In this document: positions 38,301-49,900 of the stretch, in pieces
Layout of the letters: every line of letters starts with the position of its first letter
Position numbering within the stretch: position 1 is the first letter of the stretch
Assembly: GCA_051362555.1 (NCBI GenBank)
Contig: CM120646.1
Location: 744,001-808,000 of the forward strand
Direction: 5' to 3'
From: Lingula anatina
Lineage: Eukaryota; Animalia; Brachiopoda
DNA: 64,000 bases
Translations under genes and position numbers: made by a program
Notes under the pieces: model-generated
The model's database searches: none
Seen by the model: the letters and a program-made list of their open reading frames with translations, nothing else
Told to the model about the DNA's origin: nothing

Positions 38301-41300
38301 TTGTGATATTTTACTCTCTTTGATCTTTCTCCTAAGTTTTTCAATTGGACATTCTGCTTTTTGCTCCTTTTTCTTTTCAGACTGAACAGACGGATTACTC
38401 CTGCTCTGTTTGTGAGTGGTGTTTTTTAAGTCATCTGTCCAAGTTCTTTTCTGTCTCGATGGTGTCATTCTGTTCATATCAAAGTCACTGCACCTCCTAG
38501 GTCTCCTCTTCCTGGGGTCTTCACCTCTATCATCGGTTACCTTGACAACATAACTTTTCATCCTTGCCTTGACCTTGGTAGGGGTGTCCGGGGAGCTCCC
38601 ACATGTACTAGCGTGCCTGTTAGCTCCGCGGTCCGTGGGTGACTTTTCAATAGATGTGTTATGCCCACTGTCTCTCCTGTGGCATTTGGTTTCTGTGACT
38701 TGTAAGTGTTCATTAGGATTGGTTGTATTTTCAGCCTTCATCGCTGCTTCAGTTTTTTCCTTTGTGTTATGTTTTGTCTCTGACTGAATCAAGTCTTTGT
38801 CAGTTCTTTCCTTATCAGTTTTTACTTTTGACTTTGATATTATGTCCTCATTGGAACCAATTTCATTATTCTGTTCTATGCAACTATGTTTCTTTTCTTG
38901 ATTCAGGGATTTTTCTTGTGCTTTATTGTCCACATTTGTACACTGTTTCTTTATACCTTGTTCTTGGTTTGCTGACAATTTTGGTTTGGCATCACTTTTC
39001 TGACTAAAATCATCAGAGTCATTATTAGTCATACCAGGTGATATCAAGAGGTTAGGAAGTTCCTTAGATATCTCCTCACCAGCATGTTCCATTGCTTCTT
39101 TTGTATCGCCAAGTGATGGTAGAATGCCATTTTCATTTTCTTCGTTATTAGACTTTGAACTGCAAGTTTTGCTCTCAACATCGTGTTCACTGTTTTCTTT
39201 GGATTCGTTTTCATTTGTTTCAGACAACGTACCTGCAGGCGAATTTACAGTTTGGGACACTTTTTGAGTAGACTGCACTTCCAAATCTTTCACTGTATCC
39301 AATGATAAGTTGTTTTCATTTTTCACGTCTGCATTTTTACCACAAAGAGCCTCAGTTTTCAGATCCTGCGGGGAAGACTTTTCTACTCCAGCCTCATGTC
39401 CTAGAGTAGATAAATCGCACCCACTTTTATTTTCATGGGGTAAGTTTGTCAAAGATGTCTCCTGTTCGGATCCTCTTGCACTACTGCCTACCCTCCCTTT
39501 GTTTTTGTTATCCAAGGGCAGTGGATTTTCATTGGCGACATCATCAACGTTAAATTCCTGGTTGTTGTTTCCCAAATTCTGCCAATCTTTTTCTTCTAAC
39601 ATATGCTCATTTTCATGATGAACCAAATTGCAATTGCAATCAGTATCGTTTCGTAATTCTATACAATGTGCATCTTCCTGGGTATATTGATGACTATCTA
39701 CCTCCATCATTTCTGTTGTGTCAAAAAATAGCGGTGTCTCTTCATGTTCCTTGTCAACTGGTTTGAAAACCTCTCTCACGTGTGTATTTGTGATTGGCAC
39801 TGATAGGTTTGGCAAACTTTCCTGCAGCAATGTACCACTGCCATCACCAGCTCTTCCTGGTGAATTCATCAGAGCTGTAACTTGACCAGTTTCCTTTTGC
39901 CTGCATTCCACCATTTCTGGCGACTCCACCGGTGGCACTTGTTTGCAGATATATTTGTCAGCGTTGTCTGTGTTATCAGGCGTCGGGTGTACACCAGTTG
40001 TGTTGTTTTGTTCACTGGCACTAGTCTCGTGTGTTCCCCTACACGTCTTCACTCTCTTCTTTGATTTAACATCTCCGTTTCCTAACTGAACAGAGTTTAT
40101 AGTGTTGTTCTTTGTTACTGTGGTTGACTTGCTATCTTTTGATTTCAATGAGAGCACTTGTTTACACTTTTTTCTTGAGGTATTCTTTAACCTTGTCTTC
40201 CTCTTGGTTTTCGGGCTATTACGTTTGGATTTTACAATAAGCAAATGCCTGTTTTTTCGCTTAATTTTCATCTTCGTTGATTTCTTAGTTCTTTCTCTTC
40301 TTGTGTTCTTCAGATCGGCATTCTTTGTGACGGAATGCAAGTCTTCACTCTCTTTTGAAGTAATATTATTGACGTCGCTTTTTAATGTTTTATCTTCTCC
40401 TTGAGTGTCACGAACGATGGAGTCCTGGGCAGGTGGTGAGCTCGGAAAACCGTCATTGCTGTTTGATGTCGGCGATAACAGACCATTGCCCGCCCTGCTC
40501 CAACCTTTTCTAAGAGAATACTTCCACGCTTGGACATCTCGGGCCCACGGACAAAAACGAAATTCACTTTCATTGTAATCTAACTTCAGTTTCTTTGGAC
40601 TGTGTGACGTACTACGTTTCCTTGATTTCACAGATACCTGTTTAAAGGTATTTCTTGTGATGGCGTCTTTTGAGGGCGTGTCCGGATAAACGTCCTTCAC
40701 TGGAGACACCTTGATGCGTGTTTCCTTGGGATCGCTGAGAGAGGGTACGGTCATGAGCGCAGTCACAGTGGGCGTGGACGGTGGGTGTGGTTTGATGGGC
40801 GTGGTGGGCGTGGCCTCAGTTGGATTATCCTCTGTAGGCGTGGTCTTGATGGGCGTGTTCTCGCTGCCCGTGTTCATTGTTTTGATAGGAGGACTCTCTG
40901 CTGAAAGACTTGCATGGATATCATTTGGTTGGCAGCCGTCTGGAAAAGTATCATTTGGAGAATGCTGCACAGGAAGAGTATCAGTTTTCGGTAAGTTAAC
41001 AGAAAGAACGCCTTTTTGGGAAGTGACACTATAATAGAAATTATCTGAAGGCTCTTGTTTAACATTCACTGGGATCTCATCCACTGTCTGTGCTTTGATG
41101 GTATCAAGAGTTTCAGACAGTCCATCACGAGTTTTATCCGACTGATCTTTAGAATTGCCCGCCTTAAAATCCGTCGCCATTTCAGAATCATTAGGCTCCT
41201 TCTTAATACTCAGTGAAGTCACAGATGCTATCTGCAAAGGTAACTCATTTTGTAATTCTGTCGTTTTGTCGGCCACCTCTGAAGATTTGTTCGCTGTGTT

Positions 41301-41991
41301 GACGTTGGCTTTGGAAACATTTCCATCCTGACTGTCTGGGGGTTCTGTCTTTATCTTAATGGTTGGCATAGCGACGCTTGGTCCGGTGGTGAGACCAGAG
41401 GCGGGTGCCGGAACTTCAACAATTCCATCTAAGTCTTCAGTGCCCAAAGTCCTGAAAGACCCGTCTTCAATGCCGTCCGACTTCAAGCCGTGCATGTTTA
41501 ACTTGTGTAGCACCATGCGTGCCCTACTAACGGCGGAATACCGGCACCCATCAACACCGCATTTCAGGATTTGGTGGCAATCTTTGAAATGTTTCAACAC
41601 GTCGCACATGTCCGTTGATGAAAACTGGCAGAGATTGCAGAAATTCTGAGTTGTTCCTAGGAGAATCACAGCGTCGGGGTGAATGGACGTTCCTGACTCC
41701 TCTTCCTTGGTTGTGCCCTCCTTTTTGACAACACTCGGTAACTCCTTTTTGATGGGGACTGGATTTGAGTGTCGAACACTGGCTAGCCGTTTTAACACGT
41801 CCGTGTTGATTCCGTTAAGGCCGTACAGTTTATTTTTCACGGACGCTTGATCCAGTAACATTTTCTCTGACTTGGCCATTTTTAAAATGGCCTCGGAGTT
41901 AATGCCGTTCTTCCCGCGCAGCCTGTGCATGTTTAGCGATGTTTCGAGGCTCAAGATGTTGGTTTCATCTACAGGATCATTTACAGGATCA
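35348..41991 (-). CDS. Uncharacterised large nuclear-type protein: two C2H2-like zinc fingers, long disordered region, RG repeats, N/Q/G/W-rich C-terminus (~1900 aa; 5' end uncertain)
   Basis: Exons 41991-36494 (5.5 kb open; acceptor tttccag, donor caag|gtatgt), 35852-35706, 35508-35348 (stop), phases compatible. Fingers CNLCQFSSTDMCDVLKHFKDCH and CGVDGCRYSAVSRARMVLHKLNMH. First in-frame ATG in the big exon at 41928-41930; upstream exons not identified. Confidence 0.8.
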
Positions 41992-44900
41992 CTGGAAATA
42001 GAGAAAATGTAATATAGTCTATTTAAACGGAGAAAAATTAAGACACTCTATGTAAAGTCTTACGCGACCTTCTACACAATAGCTCTGAAACAGATTGCAC
42101 ATAAAGGTGATTCAGTATCGATAAATAAAATAACGAATGATCATTTTAAAAACTTGAAAATCAAATTGCCAGATAATCTAACAAATTATGGTATTAAAAT
42201 CGACACAATAATCCAACCCTTAAAAGTTTCAAACCAGATATATTTATGGCAGTATTATGTATGAACTCATACTATTATTACAGCATGGTCTCTCTGCTGT
42301 AAGTTCACTAGTCTCCCCATATGTGGTGCAGACTTTTAAGTTTGCAGTTTTAAAAAAACTCTCTCTGCTTCCCTTCACACATGGAGACCCTGTGGTATGT
42401 AATGGATCCCTATGCAATGTGACCTAATAAAGTGAGTGTTCTGCCCGGTCATAAGCATACGGAATTTTTGTACTGCAAGAAAGCTGTCAGTTTATTTTGG
42501 AGTTTTTTTTTCCTCTGAAGGGGGGGGGGGTGATTATAATAACAACTATGTCAAATTAAAATTCATTTCCCAATAAAGGAAAGTCCCCGAAACGCAACAG
42601 AGACGACGTGGCATTTCATTTTGCGTTGAACTGTAGACGTGTATCAAACCTTCATCATGAATACATCTGGAATCAAGACAACCGTATGCCGTCTGTAGCT
42701 TATGAATAATACTAAAAGATAATTCTTCATATCACCATGTGAAAAATAAGTATGAATAATTTATTACAGACAATAGAGAGGTCTGGTCATAGATTGTAAT
42801 CGTCTTTGGATGGCGCGTGGAGATAAGCTGATACTAATCAGCTCCGCGTTCCTAAATTTAAACTATGCCTCTAATATGGTATCAATTAACTCGGCTATTT
42901 TTGTTGTGATTTTTTTCCGGGGTCTGTGGAAAAATAGACGTCGTGAAGAAAAATGATTTATATAAAAAAACCAAAGAGCATTTCATGGAGCGTTGCAAAT
43001 GAAAAGGTCAAATTAAAAAGATATTTACTCTGCGTCACAGCCTCCCTGCTTAACCTTACACCAATTCATAACGCCGGCGTTGTGATTGAGTCAGTATTAG
43101 ATTTCCTCTCACAGCTTTATCAGGCCATTGAATCGATCTATTGTTTAATACATACTTATCGGTAGAATATGTGTCGTAACTTTAAACGAACCTATTTCTT
43201 GGATTTACATATCTCATTGTGTGAAATCAACCATCATTATTCCAGACGATAAGCCCAGATAGAAAAAACGTCACGATATGTAATTTTGATATATTTAGCT
43301 CATTGTTTCAACCAGTTTGTCTCGTGTTAAATATAATTTAATTTTCACGTCTATCTCTCCGGGCTTACCCAACGGGGCGTCCGTACCTCCATGTCGAGTT
43401 AGAAATAATTCGCTGTGTTCCTTGGTTATTTTGCAGGTGAAATAGACAAACTTTATTAGCATATCTGTGGTTAAGAGCGGTTATTTGTCACCAAAAATCA
43501 GCAAAAGAAATTAGCTCAGAAATTTAATTTCCTTGGTTGTTTGCGTTTACGTGATTCACCTGAAGTCAAAATCTCCCTAACATTCATTTATAAAAATTTT
43601 CTTTTGACAGCGACATTTACCACCTTGGGAAACATACGTTCCAAAACGAGTGCATATTAAACTCAAGTTCAACAAAGTCCAATTCAGACACATTTGTATA
43701 AACAATATCAATCAGGCCCTTGGGTTCACTGTTCACATTGGTTCACAATCAAAAAGAAATCTGGAAAAGAGACTACGGACGAAACAGTTGAGGATTTTCT
43801 ATCCTTTCTTGTCGTGATATATGACATCTATTTAAACTGGATACAGTCCATAAAAAAGATTATGCAAAGCTCTAAGAGAGAGCGTACCTAGCTTTCTCTG
43901 GAGGACGTGATGAGACAACTGCATGCAAGGATTTCTCCCTCTACAATAGATAAATCGTCTATTTCATGCAAATATACAGTAAACGTATTCTTGAAGAAAT
44001 CCCATGAGCATAACAAGTTTGCGTGTGGACGTAAAATTTTGTGAGCAGAAAACAGAAAACAAACGGGGAAAATTATGGAAAATATAGACTGCCCCCCCCC
44101 CCCCCCCCCCCCCATCACCATGAACGGTACACACGCGAATATTCACGGAGAGAGAGAGAGAGAGAGAGATTCAAATAAGGATTTATAGAGTTTTCAGTAT
44201 TGAGGTCAGCATTCATACTTCCATTATAAAACTATCGCATACCAACCTTCTACGGTCCTTCTCCCTCAGTTAGCGTTGTTCCTCCACATTCTCTGCATAC
44301 ATACGACATTAGATCATTCCCCAATACGTACATTATTCTCGGTTCACAAACTTGATACTCATAGCGAGCGTTGGAGAGAGAGAGAGAGAGATCAGTGCAG
44401 CCGTGTATTCTCTGTAAATCCTGGCACGATCAGTTCATACATCACAGGTTGAATGCCACTTGACCCACTGCCCACCACAGGTAATTACAGCAGGAGACTT
44501 GATGAAAAGGTAGCCGCCTGTAATTACTCCGCCACATACTCGCGAGAATGTACCCCCTCACACGGGGTGCTGATCCTAGGCTGCAGTAGCCTCTGCTACA
44601 GTCTCGTAGTTAAAAACATTTCGTGCTGTTTGAGCATCCATCCCAAGCAGCAGTATTGGTCGTAATTATCATATATATATATATATTGATAATGAGAGAG
44701 AATATGAGAATATGCTACTTTACTTATCCGACTAACCTCGAAGTCTCGCTGGTTTGATTTTATATTTAGTCCACAAGACATTTGACTCTCTTGATTATTT
44801 CATTCCTTGCACTAAATTCACGTAAGACATTATCAGTTTTAGTGCAACGTTCGTGTGCGAGCTGGGAAAGAAGTTAATTAATATTGCCTTACAGCAGGAT

Positions 44901-45535
44901 TCTGGACTATTTTGTCGGCTTTGTACCGTTTGCACTGGTAATGAAATAATTGGCACGCTGTTTATTTGACGTATTGTGAAGTACTAATTCCAGCTATTAA
45001 ATCTCAGCAAGGTTAGTGTTTGTTCTAATTGTCACATTTAACGCTTTTCTTTAAACACAATAAAGACAGACCTGCTGGGTCGGGATAAACCTTTTACCTG
45101 CACCAACACGCCTGATAAATGATCTTTTCATTAACCTTTAAAGATTATATATATATATTACGTAACTCGTACATAACACGCGACTGGTGCACATTACGTG
45201 TTTTATATCCACTTAGAGGCTCCTTTAACACCCTCTGGCTTTCTCAAATCATGGAAATATATCTAAATGTGCTTCTATGTTTTGACACTCATTAAATTAA
45301 TTGAATTATATATCAAAATATAGTGATCAACAGCATCGACAACTAATTAGTTTTTTCTGGGGGAGAGGGCATTTTCAATGGATTATTGTCAAGTGCCTTT
45401 ACTGACTTTACTAACATTAAAATAAAGACAATAGAATTCAAAATTCCGTTCAAAATAAGTATTTTACACGATATGCTTTAAGGAACAATTTCATTGATAT
45501 TATTTGCACGTAATGGGATTCCTACTCTACACACA

Positions 45536-45837
45536 CTAATGTAAAATGTCGCTGTTGATCTATTTAAAGCTTAATTCCTTGTCGCATAGGTATATTACCC
45601 ACAAGTCATAAGAGTTTCAACGAGTCGTTTTACAGCTACTCACACGGCGCCTTTCCTGCTGCAATATCCCCGACCTCAGCTGATGCTAATGTAAAATGTC
45701 GCTGTTGATCTATTTAAAGCTTAATTCCTTGTCGCATAGGTATATTACCCACAAGTCATAAGAGTTTCAACGAGTCGTTTTACAGCTACTCACACGGCGC
45801 CTTTCCTGCTGCAATATTCCCGACCTCAGCTGATGCT
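45536..45837. repeat. 150-bp tandem duplication, near identical
   Basis: ctaatgtaaaatgtcgctg...tcagctgatg at 45536-45685 and 45686-45835; one visible mismatch. Confidence 0.93.
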
Positions 45838-46873
45838 GCCTTCCTATCCGCTGATATCTCTGTAGAAATTTACGTAACCTTATAGCCTAACCGAAGTTAA
45901 GTTTAAAAACATTTTCATATGGTAGATGTCAAAACAACAAGATAACTGAAGAGTTCAAAAAGCAGCGTTCAGGCTTTCTCACAGGCAGGATCAAGGTTAC
46001 GTCATCTTTTTTTTAAAGTCATTTCAGGCCCTATATTCTTTACTAACTTCTCCCCAGATTAATGATGTCTGAGAAACAGTTTTATCCAAAATGGGCCGCG
46101 TTGTAAGTTATACCATTACGAGACTTTACCAGAACAAAAATAGCTCATCATTTACTGAAAGATTAGACACAACGCGAAGGGTCTTTTTACAGAAATCAGG
46201 ACAGAGATATTTGACCTCAGGATGTAGTTGATGGCATCAGCAGCGTTTATTTTCGCGTTCGTCAAGAGTAGTGTGGGATAAAGATGTTGTCTTTTTGTCA
46301 AAACGAGAAAGAAAAAAATAATTGTGGAATCATACACAGCGCAGAGCAATATGACCTTCCTATTAATTCTACTGTAATATCTCTAGCACCGTGCTTGTTA
46401 TCAAGTGGTTACCTGGCAAATAGTAATTTCAGTTAATAAAGCAATTCGAGAACAGTGTCAATTCTATTTTATCTAGTACTGTTGTTATAGTTGATAAGAA
46501 GCAGCGGAGCAAAGATGGAAGATAGCGGGCACAAACAAAATTAGCTTTTTATCCGTTTTCATTTACTGCTTTTGTAGATTTTATGCCTTTGTGAGTCTAG
46601 AACTTGGGGAATAAGTGGAAGATTTTGCAAAAGCACAAATTAATAATCTCATTGTAAAAATACACACTTTAATTGACATAATTTGAAAAAAAGAACAAAT
46701 GTAAACGCACATGAATACGAACTCTAAATACACAAACATATGTTATAAACATATACGATCAAAATAGATTAATAATTGGACCATAATTCGGTTTTATTCT
46801 TTTCTTTCTGAAAATCCGTTTGCATTACCAAAGTCGAAATAACATCCGTTGAGATCCGTTGGTATATTCCGCC

Positions 46874-46993
46874 ATGACGCACTGACAGTGGTCAAAATGT
46901 CTGATTCATGACTGCGATTGTATTGTCATGACGCACCACCAGTGGTCTAAACGTCTGTTTCATGGTTGCGATTGTATTGTCATGACGCACCAC
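46874..46993. repeat. ~54-bp tandem repeat (~2.3 copies) just past the stop codon of secreted gene A (3' UTR)
   Basis: atgacgcac...cagtggtc...tgcgattgtattgtc repeated. Confidence 0.8.
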
Positions 46994-46996
46994 CTG

Positions 46997-49900
46997 CTAC
47001 TTCTTACCGAGGCGGTGCTTCCTCTTTGAGTGCTTAGTGTGTTTGGAGTGCTTCGTAGGTCTTGTTGGTGGCAGCGAATGCGGATGTGATGGCCAACCGG
47101 ATGCAGTGTTCTGTTCCGGTATATGTGGGCTGTGACGGTGCGGGCTATGGCGGTGTGGGCTGTGGTGGTGTGGGCTGTGGCGGTGCGGGCTGCGGGGACG
47201 TGACCGGGGGCCATGATGACTGTGGTGATGATGCGCTAAAAAAGAAAACATGGAGATGAGGGTCACATTTAGATTAGTAGGCCTACTCAATATTTATTAC
47301 TATATGTAACACCTACCTGATACAAGCATTGGTTAGTTTTTGATGAAATGGCAATTGATGGGTATTATGAGAAGAGAACAAGTTTTATTCAATGATGATC
47401 TAAGCTAGGCAAATTTACATCCCTTCAGGATGGAAGACAAGATAACGAGAGCCCCACATGTGACCGGCTACTGCGCCGAACATCAGAGCACTTTTGAAGT
47501 TGCAGTTACTTTTACTTAAGAAAAAAAGCTAACAAATTCCCGGAAATTTAAACGTTGGACCTTTTTAATAACAATTTTGACTCATCCTCGAAATGGAAAG
47601 GGAGACTGGCGGATTTTTCTCATGACAGTAAAAAAACTGACAAATAGAACTTCAGAGAAGATCAATTTCTCCATTGTTTCGCAGAGGGTATACCTTAATG
47701 ATAACGGGAACATTGCTGAAATTTACAGGAATATTCAATTTTGCTATATAAACCTCTGTCGCACTTTGTATGCTATAAGATCTACCTACCGCTCACGTAG
47801 GGATTGTAGCAACATTCAAACAACACGTGCAGCACAGGAAGTGAAGTGCTCGCGGTCCCACACGGGAAGTGAGTGGTGCACACGTCCTCTTCGTCACACC
47901 GGCTACGGAGTAAGTCTCTAGTTTCTGCGGCTGAACTGCATGTGCCGTTTGTACAGACGAGAACGTCGTGGATCTGGCAGTAATAGGAAGTGTTTTTAAG
48001 GATTATTGAACTTAGCAGAATCATATGTCAATACGGGCAATTATCAGCCAATATGTTATATGTTCTTTCTTTCGCCCTACAAAACAGTATTTGACGGATT
48101 ACGCTAATATTGACTACTACTACTACTACTAGTAATAATAATAATAATCAAATGTTTTAGTAAAAAAGAATTGAATTATAAAATTGCTCTTTCACAAAAC
48201 TAATGACAGAAGTGAAGATGCCCCCACCCTGATAATGCTGGTGTAGTGCTGCTGGTCACATGACAGGTCTAGCAGCGCCTCCCTGCGGCAGTCAAAATGG
48301 ACGTCGTGTTTTGTTGCTGAAATATGGAGAACTCGTGGGGATAGATAGTATTACAACTACATGATCGGCAACGGTTTTGATCTTGCAGTTTCTGACATAC
48401 TTGCGTACAGTAGAGACATAACTCGACAACTGCGCCAAATTTTGCTTTTTAAGATCATATTATCATATTTCCGTCTGATAGCTATTTCTTAAAATTTTTA
48501 CATCCATATTAAGATTGTTAGTTTTGTTGCTATGGTGATTTGAATTTTGGATTCAATTACTACAGAACCTTATAGGGAATATAATCGTTTTTGCATGTTT
48601 TTTCAACTTTCTTCACAGATGAACTGCGTTCAAAGCCCATGGTCATCAGTACATATGACAGATATAGACGAAAAAAAAATGTAGGTACCCCCCCCCCCCC
48701 CCACACACACACACACAGGCGTGCGCCTAATTCTTTGCAATACCCAAATGTTAACAAATGGCACAAAACTGGATGCAAATGTGAAGGAAATTGTCATTTT
48801 TCATTTTATTTTTTAAAACTGAAATCCACCATAGGATATAATACTTTAAGAAATAATAATATTTTTAGAGACTGGTTTTACTTTGAACTTACCCCAACAA
48901 CAGAACACATTACAGAGCTGTGTCTCCCGTAGATGTGTGCCGCATTTAGTCGGGTTAAGGCAGCGTCTAGTTCTGGATTGGATACCACCGTCACAACTCT
49001 CGGAGCAATTACTCCACGGCGTCCACTCCGTGTAAACGGTATCTGAAAAAAAATTAAACTTAAACTTTTTAATATGAATAAGGAGATCCCAAATCATTAC
49101 TGTCACAGAAGATATCATTTTATGATTATGTACAATGAAATATTTAATCCAACTATTTTCAAACACTTCGGATGAACATTTTTGTAATAGACTAAACGCA
49201 AAATTTACCAGGCACAATTGTTTCGTTTATCCAATGTCCTAGAGATCGATGTAAAAAATAGGTAAAAATCGAGCCAAACCTACCCTCGTCAACCCAGCCC
49301 TCAACAGTCGTGCGACAGATCATGTCTCTGAATTGGCGCGTCTTGTCCTTCAGCTCACTAAACAAGTCCACGGCCAAAACGGTCTCATTGACCGGCTCTG
49401 TCGCTATGTACTCTAACTCGGTCATATTATAATCGGCAACACCTATGGCAATAACTGTGATGTTGGCATTGTGAACCTTAATTAATAGAAAGGAGAACGG
49501 TTCGATTAATTTTCACATGAAAATGGACTCTCACACATTTTATTTGTAATTATTTTGTGTTGTACATATCAATTATACTTTTGCCTCCATCTATAAAATA
49601 GACTCTTTGCTGTAGATGTACATATTACCGGTATCTTAATATAGTTTATGGAATTATTTTTTAGTTATTCTGCAACTTATGTATTGCAGTTCTCGTTTAA
49701 TTGTCCAGTAAGGTTTGAAGGAGGACACCTACCAAGTCAGCAGCAATAGCGGTGGCCTCGGGATCTGTAGAACCACCGTCTATAACGAGCACGGCCACGT
49801 CTTGCACATCAGGTCGATCGCCGTTTTCTTCCTGGAGGATATCGTTTCTGGATAAAATGAAAGTTTACTACAACCTTATTAGCCATTTCATACGCGTGTT

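Noticed and set aside
43369-43392. Candidate first coding exon (MEVRTPRW|gtaag) for the zinc-finger gene
   Set aside because: Phase 0 donor is incompatible with the phase 2 acceptor at 41991 and no bridging exon was found
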